This document shows, piece by piece, positions 39,502 through 49,700 of a DNA stretch of 64,000 nucleotides. A model generated the notes under the pieces. The model saw only the letters and a list, made by a program, of their open reading frames with translations, was not told where the DNA came from and made no database searches. The DNA is taken from positions 64,001-128,000 of the forward strand of contig JBNKTL010000003.1 in NCBI GenBank assembly GCA_050298055.1, given 5' to 3'. Positions within the stretch are counted from its first letter, which is position 1. Every line of letters starts with the position of its first letter. A program made the position numbers and the translations under genes. Origin of the DNA: Spirochaetota bacterium (GTDB lineage: Bacteria; Spirochaetota; UBA4802; UBA5550).

Positions 39502-40341
39502 ATGAGCTTGAGCATTTCAGACATCAAAAACCTTCTGGATAATGACCAGCGTGAAAAGTTCAAGAGACTCGAAGCGCTTATCAACTCCTTCGATAATCTG
39601 GCTGTAGCATTCTCCGGGGGGGTGGACAGCACCTTTCTTCTCAAAGTGTCCCGGGACATCCTGAAAGAAGAGGTCACAGCCATTGTTATCCGGACAGAAC
39701 TTCACCCTAAAAAAGAGATCGAAGAAGCCATCCACAGGGCGGAGGAAATGGGTGTCCGGCGCGTAAAGATTGATATGAATGTACTGGGGCACAGGGAGAT
39801 CGCGAACAATGCCCGGGAGAGATGTTATCACTGCAAGAAGGAGATATTTAAGCGGATTCGGGAGTATGCTCAAAACCGGGGAATTGATAATGTCGCCGAC
39901 GGGACAAACCGGGATGACACAGCTTCTTACAGACCCGGGATAAAGGCCCTGGAGGAACTGGGCGTATCAAGCCCCCTGAAAGAAGCGGGTATGGGGAAAA
40001 ATGATATCAGGCAGATCTCAAAGATCCTGGGACTCGAAACATGGGACAGGCCCGCCAGCCCCTGCCTGGCCACGCGTTTTCCTTACAACACCCCGCTCAC
40101 CAGAGATGCCCTCAAGCAGGTAGAGACTGCGGAAGAATTTATCAGGGACCTGGGATTTAAAAACCTGCGGGTACGCTGTCACGGTGAGACCGCCAGGATC
40201 GAGACGGAGGGGGAGATGATGCAGAAGATAACCGGGAAAGAACTATCGGAAAAGATCATCCGGAAGCTCCATGAAACAGGTTTCAGGTATGTCACCCTGG
40301 ACCTGGAGGGGTTCAGGTCGGGGAGCATGGATGACGACTAG
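39502..40341 (+). CDS. larE: ATP-dependent sulfur transferase LarE
   Basis: PP-loop SGGVDS, RCYHCK, DGTN.DD..YRPG, SPCLATRFPY, LDLEGFRSGSM. Confidence 0.92.
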   Translation: MSLSISDIKNLLDNDQREKFKRLEALINSFDNLAVAFSGGVDSTFLLKVSRDILKEEVTAIVIRTELHPKKEIEEAIHRAEEMGVRRVKIDMNVLGHREIANNARERCYHCKKEIFKRIREYAQNRGIDNVADGTNRDDTASYRPGIKALEELGVSSPLKEAGMGKNDIRQISKILGLETWDRPASPCLATRFPYNTPLTRDALKQVETAEEFIRDLGFKNLRVRCHGETARIETEGEMMQKITGKELSEKIIRKLHETGFRYVTLDLEGFRSGSMDDD

Positions 40342-40353
40342 TACGGCCGCCTC

Positions 40354-43296
40354 TTATAATTCACATGTCAGAGTCAGTTCCCGGGCGGGGGACTCGCCGC
40401 TCTTTCTCCTGACCTTAATAATAACTTTATCACCTTTCATTTTGTCCATAAGAACGATCTTCAGGTCGGGGATGTCCTTTACCTCCCTGCCGTCCAGGGA
40501 AATAATAATGTCGTTCTTCTTTAACCCCGCCTTCATGGCCGGGCTGTTCCCCACAAGTTTATTGATAATAACTCCGCCGGAGCTTTCCGTGAGATAAACT
40601 CCAAGCTGCGCTGTCCGGGGGCCTTCCGTCTTCTCCGGGAAGAGAATAAAATCGGCGATGTTCTTCCCGATATCACCCTGCTCACCCAGAAGGATCACCG
40701 ACTGGTCGGCTCCGGAAAGCCTCTTTACCCTGTCAGGGATCCCCCGGAAATACTTCAGGTGGCCGTTCCCCGCAAGGAGGACCAGGGGTACCCCGGGGGA
40801 CTCTTTCATGGCATTCACGGCATTGTGGGCCATGGACTCGTCCCAGAGGATCTGCGCCTGGAAGAAATTGTTCAGGTCCATTGCCGGTTTCCCGGAGTGC
40901 ATTCTCATGACCCGGAGCATGCTCTCCCTGTACTCACTGCCGGTAAGGTCCATGTCAGCGGGGATCTCCTTTCTCTCCCCGGGAGTCAGTGAATCTATCC
41001 CCCCCCGGGAGACCTTCCTGACAATTTCTCCCCTGAGGTTCAGGGCAATGACCCTGATCTTTTTCTCCCGGGCAAAGTGAAGGATGTCCCTGTAGAGATT
41101 ATAGTCGTATCTCCATCTTATAAAATATTCGGTCTTTTTCAAAAACTCGCCCTCGCCGATCTCACCCCTGATATACTTATCGAGATACTCCTGGTACGGT
41201 TTCTGGAACATCTCCATACCGATGAGGAGTTTCCCGTGAATTTTATAAAGGCGCTTTATGATCTCAAACTGCGCGAAGTGGTGGGAGTAACTGGTATGGA
41301 CCTCGCCCACGTAAACCACGGACTTGTTTTTTATTTTTTCAACAACCCCGTCAATACCCAGGGTTTTCCCGGTCTCCAGGGCGCCAATATCCGTAACCAG
41401 CTTTCTCACAATCCCCCTCTGAGAAGCTGCCACTGTTTTCCTGATATTCTTCCCTTTGTTGAAGAGGAGGAGAGAATAGCCCCCGTAGAACCTGAGCTTT
41501 CTCAGGGCCATTACAAGTTCGGGCTCATTTTTAGTGTGGACCAGCATCACAGACTTTTCCCCGTTAAGGGGATTTTTCTCCACGCTGACCAGAAGTCCCG
41601 CTGGGGGAAATTTTTTATCGGCGAAAAGTCTTCTGTATACGCTGTTTTTTGCGGAAAGGAAAATTACGGAACGGTCTTTCAGCTGAGTGTTCCCGGCTTC
41701 TTTTTCGCTGAGAGTGCTGATTCCCTCTCTTTTGAAAAACTCTCTGGCATGCTCATATTTTTTTCGCTCATCCTTATCACCGGGAACCACCAGGAGCTTA
41801 TTCCTGTCACCCATAAGAGAAGAGACCAGAGCCGGTTTCTCCGGAGGGGTCAGAGCGCGCATGAGGTCATATTCGGGGTCCAGGATGATCCTGAGGGGCT
41901 TTTCCTTAAAGGACCTTTCGTAGTCCAGGACCTTTTTATCAACATCAATAACAAATTTCTCCGTATCCATCTCCGTTTCCACCTTTACCGGGAGACCGAA
42001 GCTGTAAAGGCCATTCTTCTGCTCCAGCCTCAGGGTGAGGAGATACCTCCCCTTCCTGAACCGAACGGAAACATCCCCCAGTTCCATCTTAATGGCCCCC
42101 TTTTTCTCAACCCACTGATCAAAGAAGCTCCGGTCCTTTAAAAATTTCCCGTACGATCTTTTAATATCATCCCACCCTGCTTTTTTCATCCGGTTCTCCG
42201 CGATAAAATTTTTCAATCCGGTGAAAAACTTCTCATCGCCAATCTTCTTCCGGAGCATGTGAAAGACCATGGCCGCTTTTCCATAGCCCAGGGCCCTGAG
42301 CTGCCGGTCCGCACCGCTTTGAAAGGACCGGAGTCCCTTTTCACTCTTTTCATCCGTATAGTTATGGTAATCCATGAGTATCTTCTTTCTGTAATCACTC
42401 CCCTCACCGGTAAGCTCTTTGTACAAGTGGTCCGCTAGATAGGTGGTAAGGCCTTCCGCCCAGTTCCCCTTCTCATAATCAACAAAGACAGAGTTGCCGA
42501 ACCACTGGTGGAGGATCTCATGTCCCAGGGAGGTCTTCACGATAAAGGGAAGCCTTATCACCCGGGAACCGAGGAGGGTGTAGGTGGGAAAGGAATACCC
42601 TGTCTGAAAGGTATTTTCCACAATGTTGAAGCTCTTGAAGGGATAGCTTCCCAGCATTCTGAGATAGAGGTCCAGGTATTTTTTCGTATGCTCAATATAA
42701 CGGGAAACAAGTTTTCTGTCACTTTTGAAGAAGTATGTCCTGATGGCAATGCCCCTGTGCATTTTTTTCGTGACCCTGTACTTCCCGGCAACCAGTGTGA
42801 TCTCATATACCGGGTGGGGAAAGTTGTACTTTATGGTCTTCCCTTTCACCCCGGAACGGACACTCCGGGTATCGTATTCAGATACTGCATCATAGCCAGC
42901 GGGAATATCCACCGAGAGTTTATAGACTGCTTTTCCCTGAAGCTGCGGATACCAGTCCGAGAGAAGGACAATCCCTTTTTCTCTCCCCCGGGGATTTTTG
43001 AACGCACCGGTGTACCGGATCTCTACGCGCTTTTCGCCCTTTAAGGCGCTCATCTCCCCGGACCCGGGCCGGTAGCTTTTTCCGTTGACCTTTAACTCTT
43101 TTATCGTGAGCTTGCCGTAATGGAAATCCGCCTTTTTACCGGCCGGGATTTTAATTTCTGCCCGTCCCGCGATCTTGCCCGACCCGGGATCAAGAGTGAC
43201 CCTGAGCTTGTAGAGAGGATATTCCGAAGCCGGTGAAATCGACGGAATGAACAGTGATATGAGCAGCGCGGATAATGATATGAGGCCTTTGTTCAT
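40354..43296 (-). CDS. Secreted M1 metallopeptidase - ChaN-like - PDZ fusion protein
   Basis: Signal peptide; HEILHQWFGN...EG zinc motif; VYVGEVH...GMEMF, AQILWDESMA, LAGNGH; C-terminal PDZ. Confidence 0.85.
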   Translation of the reverse strand: MNKGLISLSALLISLFIPSISPASEYPLYKLRVTLDPGSGKIAGRAEIKIPAGKKADFHYGKLTIKELKVNGKSYRPGSGEMSALKGEKRVEIRYTGAFKNPRGREKGIVLLSDWYPQLQGKAVYKLSVDIPAGYDAVSEYDTRSVRSGVKGKTIKYNFPHPVYEITLVAGKYRVTKKMHRGIAIRTYFFKSDRKLVSRYIEHTKKYLDLYLRMLGSYPFKSFNIVENTFQTGYSFPTYTLLGSRVIRLPFIVKTSLGHEILHQWFGNSVFVDYEKGNWAEGLTTYLADHLYKELTGEGSDYRKKILMDYHNYTDEKSEKGLRSFQSGADRQLRALGYGKAAMVFHMLRKKIGDEKFFTGLKNFIAENRMKKAGWDDIKRSYGKFLKDRSFFDQWVEKKGAIKMELGDVSVRFRKGRYLLTLRLEQKNGLYSFGLPVKVETEMDTEKFVIDVDKKVLDYERSFKEKPLRIILDPEYDLMRALTPPEKPALVSSLMGDRNKLLVVPGDKDERKKYEHAREFFKREGISTLSEKEAGNTQLKDRSVIFLSAKNSVYRRLFADKKFPPAGLLVSVEKNPLNGEKSVMLVHTKNEPELVMALRKLRFYGGYSLLLFNKGKNIRKTVAASQRGIVRKLVTDIGALETGKTLGIDGVVEKIKNKSVVYVGEVHTSYSHHFAQFEIIKRLYKIHGKLLIGMEMFQKPYQEYLDKYIRGEIGEGEFLKKTEYFIRWRYDYNLYRDILHFAREKKIRVIALNLRGEIVRKVSRGGIDSLTPGERKEIPADMDLTGSEYRESMLRVMRMHSGKPAMDLNNFFQAQILWDESMAHNAVNAMKESPGVPLVLLAGNGHLKYFRGIPDRVKRLSGADQSVILLGEQGDIGKNIADFILFPEKTEGPRTAQLGVYLTESSGGVIINKLVGNSPAMKAGLKKNDIIISLDGREVKDIPDLKIVLMDKMKGDKVIIKVRRKSGESPARELTLTCEL

Positions 43297-43618
43297 GAAA
43301 CTCTTTCTCCCTCTTTATGAACTTAATCGACCCTGCATATGAAACAGGTTTTCGTTAAACAATAACGCAGGTGATATTAATATACAGCCAGCGGTCCATA
43401 TGGATACATTAAAATCTCTCTCAGGATAAAAAATGGAAGCACGCTGTCAAGGATTAAGTTTTGGTGATTTCAAAGGGGTCAGAGCATTGTGCCCCGCTAA
43501 AAAAATTCCACTATGATCATTTTTTCTGTTTTTTGCTGGATTTTTTTCATTTATTTGAATATTTTATACCATAACTAACGAATTCCTCCAAAGAAGAAGA
43601 ACAACGAGAGAGGTCATT

Positions 43619-43840
43619 ATGCAGGTTACCCTCAATATAGAAAATGAACAAATCATCGATGCGGCCAGTAAAATGCCGTTAGAGGATAAATTGAAGCTTT
43701 ACGATAAAATAAAAGATGAAATATTCGAAGTCCGCTTCAAAGAGATCCTTGCAAGCTTAAAGACCAGCGAACTTTCCGACGAGGAAATACTGAAAGAAGT
43801 TGAGCATGTCCGATCAGAACGCTATAAAAATCGTAGTTGA
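43619..43840 (+). CDS. Small putative antitoxin
   Basis: 73 aa acidic ORF overlapping a PIN toxin start. Confidence 0.6.
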   Translation: MQVTLNIENEQIIDAASKMPLEDKLKLYDKIKDEIFEVRFKEILASLKTSELSDEEILKEVEHVRSERYKNRS

Positions 43841-43940
43841 TACTAATCTTTGGATAAGCTTTTGTATCGGGACCTTAATCCGTATAATACAATCAAGATC
43901 CTCAGGGTTCAGGAATTTGAGACTATACTCAATAATGTAA
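43806..43940 (+). pseudogene. Truncated PIN-domain toxin
   Basis: Hand translation MSDQNAIKIVVDTNLWISFCIG...; stops after 44 aa. Confidence 0.65.
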
Positions 43941-44121
43941 TCAAATAAGAACCGGGGGTCAGAGCATCCAGCATTTACAATGCCCGGAAAAATTTTATAT
44001 GACAATATTTCTCCCGTACCAAAATTACACACATTGCATATTGGTTCGGACCATTATGCAATGGTGTGCATAATAGTCCTTGACATGATCCTCTTTTTAT
44101 CCCTTACTGTCTTAAATAAAG

Positions 44122-45321
44122 ATGAAAAGAATTTATGATAATATTATCACAGACCACTTTTCCGAAAACCGGCAGATGATCATGATCAGCGGTCCCCGGC
44201 AGGTAGGCAAAACCACAACAGCAAAAACAACTGACCCGCATTTATACTATAACTGGGACAACCGGGGACACAGGTCAAAAATACTTTCAGGCTATAATGA
44301 AATCATTAATTCCGAGGACCTATCAAAGACTCCGTCAAAGGGGACACATATAATCTTTGATGAAATACATAAATACTCAAAGTGGAAGAATTATCTCAAA
44401 GGTTTTTTCGATACCTATGAAGAGGAGTACAGGACAATTATAACCGGCAGTTCACGGCTTGATATATACAGGAGGGGAAGCGACAGCCTTATGGGACGGT
44501 ATTTTCTTTACAGGATGCACCCCTTGACTGTGGCAGAACTTTTTAGGCAAACACTTCCAGGAGAAAAGCTTATAACCTGTCCTGAAAAATTTACCGGTAA
44601 AGACTTCAGACAGTTGATGGAACTAGGTGGTTTTCCGGAACCTTTTCTTAAAGGGGATAAAAGGTTTTATAAGAGGTGGATTAAACTCCGGCGACAACAG
44701 CTTTTCAGGGAGGACCTTCGCGACATGACCAGCATCAGCGAGATCGACCAACTGGAGATCCTGGGACAGCTCCTGGAAAAGAGAGCGGGCCAGCTGATCA
44801 ATTATACAGGACTGGCAAGCGATATCCGGGTAACAGTGAACACCGTCAGAAGATGGATAACGACCCTTGAACAATTCTATTACTGTTTCCGGGTAAAGCC
44901 GTGGCACGAGAATATCCCCAAGACTCTCCTTAAACAGCCAAAGATCTATTTCCGTGACTGGAGTATTGTTGACGATGAGGGGCAAAAAAATGAAAACATG
45001 ACCGCTTCCCATCTTTTAAAGGCAGTTGAACTCTGGACCGATCTCGGTTATGGAGACTTCGGCCTCTATTTTTTAAGGGACAAGGTAAAAAGAGAAGTGG
45101 ATTTTCTTGTATCCAGAAACGGCAGTCCCTGGTTTATTGTCGAAGTTAAATCTTCAGGCTCAGGGGGACTCTCACCGTCACTAAAGCATTTCAATTCACT
45201 ATTAAAACCGGAACATGCCTTTCAACTTGATTTTTCCGCAAAATATATTGACCGGGACTGTTTTGAGGCCGGTAAGCCCGTGATTGTCCCCGCAGTGACC
45301 TTTTTTTCACAGCTTGCGTGA
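44122..45321 (+). CDS. AAA_14 ATPase with DUF4143 domain
   Basis: GPRQVGKTT, FDEIHK, TGSS, GGFPE, PKIYFRD, EVDF..VEVK. Confidence 0.9.
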   Translation: MKRIYDNIITDHFSENRQMIMISGPRQVGKTTTAKTTDPHLYYNWDNRGHRSKILSGYNEIINSEDLSKTPSKGTHIIFDEIHKYSKWKNYLKGFFDTYEEEYRTIITGSSRLDIYRRGSDSLMGRYFLYRMHPLTVAELFRQTLPGEKLITCPEKFTGKDFRQLMELGGFPEPFLKGDKRFYKRWIKLRRQQLFREDLRDMTSISEIDQLEILGQLLEKRAGQLINYTGLASDIRVTVNTVRRWITTLEQFYYCFRVKPWHENIPKTLLKQPKIYFRDWSIVDDEGQKNENMTASHLLKAVELWTDLGYGDFGLYFLRDKVKREVDFLVSRNGSPWFIVEVKSSGSGGLSPSLKHFNSLLKPEHAFQLDFSAKYIDRDCFEAGKPVIVPAVTFFSQLA

Positions 45322-45624
45322 TATACAGGGGGCAGAACATTAATAAAATTTTTTGTGTCCTGCAATAACAACTAATGACATTATATATAATAGGGGAAAT
45401 AAAATGTAACGACCGGTACTTCGACCGCATAATTTTGAACTAATCATGATTGGTTAACTGCTGAAATTTCCAACTATTAAAAGAATCTTATGGGTGCAAA
45501 ATCACGCGGGCTCAATACCAGAAATTTCAGCAAAACCGGAATCTTAAAAAAAAGTGAATTGACAGATTATTTAAAAATTCTTAAATCCTTTGATGACAGA
45601 GCGGTAAGATACATAACGGTTTTT

Positions 45625-45764
45625 GATATTACTTAGCTGTATGGCTAAAATATACATATTCAATAAATAACAGCCATATGTCCACGCCGCGGTCGGCGGC
45701 GGGACACATCACTTATTTTTTTATTCATGAGCATATTTGTTTTTACAAACAGCTGAGTAGTAAC
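45625..45764 (-). mobile_element. MITE-like repeat copy 6
   Basis: tacttagctgtatgg...atgtccacgccgcggtcggcggcgggacac...cagctgagtagtaac. Confidence 0.75.
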
Positions 45765-45833
45765 TAATATTTTTTGATGATGTAGGTTATTAATTTTTAG
45801 GAATAAATACTGATAAAATAACTGTATTTAATC

Positions 45834-46691
45834 ATGAAAAGCCGTTTCAAAAAGAGCTTCCTTTTTATAAGCACAATTGCGTTTCTTATCATCCCTAATA
45901 TTTCCTCTCCTGAAATAATCTACCTGAAAGACGGCCAGGTTTTGAAGGGCGCTATTATCCATGAAGATAAAGAATCCATAACATTACAAACTAAATACCA
46001 GGCACGAAAGATCTACCGGGACCACATCAAAAGAATACTCTACGGTGACAGGGCAATGGAGAAGATCAACATCCTCCTCCGAAACGGGAAAATATTAAGG
46101 GGATTTCTCGTGGACCAGGACGCGGAGAAAGTGATATTCCGGGAAAAGAGGGACTCGACCGAAGAGGTAACTCTCCGGAAAGTCAGCATAAAACAGATGT
46201 CCCCCGATGAGATAAAGCTTCTCTCGCCGGACATCTTTTTTCACCTGGGATATTATCTCCCCGTGAGCAAAGGGAAAACGGAGCTCTCTATCAGCCCCCT
46301 CTATACTCTCGGCAGCGGAATAAATTTTATCTGGATAAATAGGACGCGGTTGACTCTGGAGGCCGGGTACAGCAGGATCAGGGGGAAGGAAAACAAAGAT
46401 GAATATATGCAGAACATTCCCGTGACCCTGAATTCACTCTATTCAATCCCCTTTGCGCATTTTAACCTGGTGCCCAAGATAGGGATGGGGTGCGTTATCT
46501 CAGAGTTTAAAGACAGCGAGAACAACCGGTACAGAAGCTATGATCTCACCGCCGGCATGGGCGCGGGGATGGAGTACGGATTAACGAAGAAGATCAATAT
46601 CGGTATCTGGATGGAGTATAATATGATCTTTGAGAAGGGTACGGTCTTCAGCGGGGTGGTTGTGAAGACGGGGTTGGGGTTTGTTTTTTGA
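45834..46691 (+). CDS. Outer-membrane beta-barrel protein with two small N-terminal repeated domains
   Basis: Signal peptide; IYLKDGQVLKG and ILLRNGKILRG repeats; amphipathic strands ending GLGFVF. Confidence 0.72.
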   Translation: MKSRFKKSFLFISTIAFLIIPNISSPEIIYLKDGQVLKGAIIHEDKESITLQTKYQARKIYRDHIKRILYGDRAMEKINILLRNGKILRGFLVDQDAEKVIFREKRDSTEEVTLRKVSIKQMSPDEIKLLSPDIFFHLGYYLPVSKGKTELSISPLYTLGSGINFIWINRTRLTLEAGYSRIRGKENKDEYMQNIPVTLNSLYSIPFAHFNLVPKIGMGCVISEFKDSENNRYRSYDLTAGMGAGMEYGLTKKINIGIWMEYNMIFEKGTVFSGVVVKTGLGFVF

Positions 46692-46743
46692 GTACCAGAA
46701 TCCCCCGAAGGGGGACTTTAAGATTTTAGTTGGAGGTAATGGG

Positions 46744-49700
46744 ATGAGAACAGAGATCTTTAACGGGTGGGATTTTATTCACAACTTTCGACTAACATTT
46801 CGTAAAACATTTAGGCTGCGCTTTCTCGGGTTATATGTTTCAATAATAATCGCGTCTTTAATGAGCTGCAGTGACGGGGCGGTCAACGCCTACCTGGACT
46901 ATGAACCGAACAGGGCGCCGCAGATCCTAGACCTGCAAAGCGATTTCACCGGCCTGCCTGTTCCCGGGGATATCATGACCGTAAGCTGTGAAACCTATGA
47001 CCCCGACGGGAACCCTCTCACCTACGACTTTACCTCAGGCCAGGGGAGCTTCACGGGCCAGCAGGACAGGGAGGGAAAAAGTGAAATAACATTTGTTGTG
47101 GGCAATATTTCCGGGGGTGAAGAGGTCACTGTCTCCGTACAGGTCACCGACAGCAAAAACGCCTCTGCCGCAGCCACCCTCAATATCGGAACAAGCAGCC
47201 TGGGCCCGGCAATCACCCTTCTGGGATCGGATAACAGGACCATAGGGGCCGATGGGTATTCAGCGGTGACATTCAGGTCAAGCATGGACGGCTTTTACCA
47301 GGTTGATCTCGCAGACAGCGGAATAACCGGAGATGAAATAGATCCGGATGGATATTTCTTTTTTATTCAAAAGAACACCGATACTGTTTTCAATATATGC
47401 GGTACCAGCTATAGTGATAATGAATGTATTGCCGGTATTCCGAAACTCGAAACCGATTCTGCAAACAGTGTCTTCATCAAGGTCATGGACGGTATGGGGC
47501 AGATTTCTGTTCGTGAGATCGTAATTACCGTGCTGGGTACCACTCCCGTTGTGGGAAACCCGGAGATACGTATTACCGATCTGAAGGATGACGCCATGAC
47601 CCTTAACTGGAACTTTGCAACAGACCTGGATAACCCCGAAGCCGGTGAGCAACAGCAGGGGATGGACTACAGTGTCTATATGTCTGAGAATGATAATATC
47701 TCCACACTGGAAGACGTGGAATCTTACGGGAACAGAGTAATGGATTGGAAAGCTGATCTAAATTTCTTTACTGTTACCGGTCTTGCTCCTTCCACTACAT
47801 ATTATTTTAATGTAGTGGTGATGGATGGTGACGGGGTGAAGGAGGTTTATGGGGGTGTTGAGGGGAGGACGGAGGAGAGGACATATTTTCAGGTAATCTC
47901 CACTGTGCCGGCCCCGGATGTTACTGATGTTGATATTAATTCCAAAATTGTGATAGCATTTAACAGGGAGTTAAACGAGGAAACCGTCAATGAGGATACG
48001 ATTGTCCTGAAAGATACCCATGGTGATGAAATTCCTGTGAAACTCAGTCTCTCCGGCAGTAATATGGTTATTATCGTTGAACCTGTGGACAATCTTGATT
48101 ATGGGATGAAGTATTATATGACTGTTTCTTCCGGTATGGAAGATGTTCAGGGGGATGGTCTCGGGGATGATTATGTTTTTGGGTTTTCTACGAAAGTCAG
48201 GTGTACAAGCTGTTTTGTGACAACGTGGAAAACGGATAATCCCGGGACTTCGGAGGATGATCAGATCACTATTCCGGTTTATAGTGGTGAAACTTATGAT
48301 TATTCTGTAGATTGGGGGGATGGGAGCAGTGATGAACATCTCACAGGGAGTGCAACCCATACTTATGATGTTCCTGGTATTTATACCGTTAGCATATCCG
48401 GGACATTTCCAAGGATATACTTTTTTAATTCCGGGGATAGGGAAAAAATATTGACAATTGAGAGTTGGGGGGAGATTGAATGGACGAGTATGGCATCTGC
48501 ATTTTTCGGATGTAGTAACCTCACATATAACGCTACAGATGCCCCTAATCTTTCCGGTGTTACTGTTATGAATTATATGTTCTATAATGCACTTTCTTTA
48601 AACGGAGATTTCAGTGGATGGGACGTCAGTAATGTTGCAGATATGAGCTCTATGTTTGCGTACGCCACTTCATTCAACGGCGATATTAGCAGCTGGGATG
48701 TAAGCAGTGTTACAAATATGTATGGTATGTTTTGGAATGCTACTTCATTTAACAGAGATCTCAATAACTGGGATGTTAAAAATGTTATTAATATGTTCTT
48801 AATGTTTGGAACTGCTACTTCTTTTAATGGAAATATCAGCGGATGGGACGTTAGTAATGTTACTAATATGTCTGGCATGTTTGAGTCTGCCACTTCATTC
48901 AACGGAGATATTAGCAACTGGGATGTAAGCAGTGTTACAAATATGTATGGTATGTTTTGGAATGCTACAACATTTAACGGGGATATAAGTGGATGGGATG
49001 TTAGCAATGTTACAGATATGAGATTGATGTTTCGTAATGCTTCTACTTTTTCAAATCATGATCTTAATGGTTGGGATGTTAGTAGTGTCAAAGTAATGAG
49101 TTCTATGTTTAATGGAGCTTCTTCTTTTAATGGAGATATCAGCAACTGGAACGTTAGTAATGTTAAAGATATGATCTATATGTTTTATAATGCCACTTCA
49201 TTCAACGGTGATATCAGCAGGTGGGATGTCAGTAGTGTTACAGATATGTACGGCATGTTTCGGAATGCCACTTCATTCAACGGTGATATCAGCAGGTGGG
49301 ATGTCAGTAATGTTAAAAATATGAGTTCTATGTTTAATGGAGCTTCTTCTTTTAATGGAGATATCATTAACTGGAACGTTAATAATGTTAAAAATATGAT
49401 CTATATGTTTAATAATGCCATTTCATTTAACAGAGATATTAACAAATGGGATGTGAGTAGTGTTACTAATATGTATGGGATGTTTTGGGGCGCAAGTACT
49501 TTTAACGGGGATATGAGCAACTGGGATGTCAGCAATGTCACTAATATGGCATTTATGTTTTATAACGCTTCTGATTTTAATGGAGACACCAGCAGATGGG
49601 ACGTCAGTAATGTTATATATATGGATAGCATGTTTTTTGGTGCTCGTTCTTTTAACGGAGATATCAGCGGCTGGGATGTCAGCAGTGTCACTGATATGAG

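Noticed and set aside
41077..42141. 354-aa + strand ORF
   Set aside because: Antisense shadow of the peptidase-ChaN gene; no motifs
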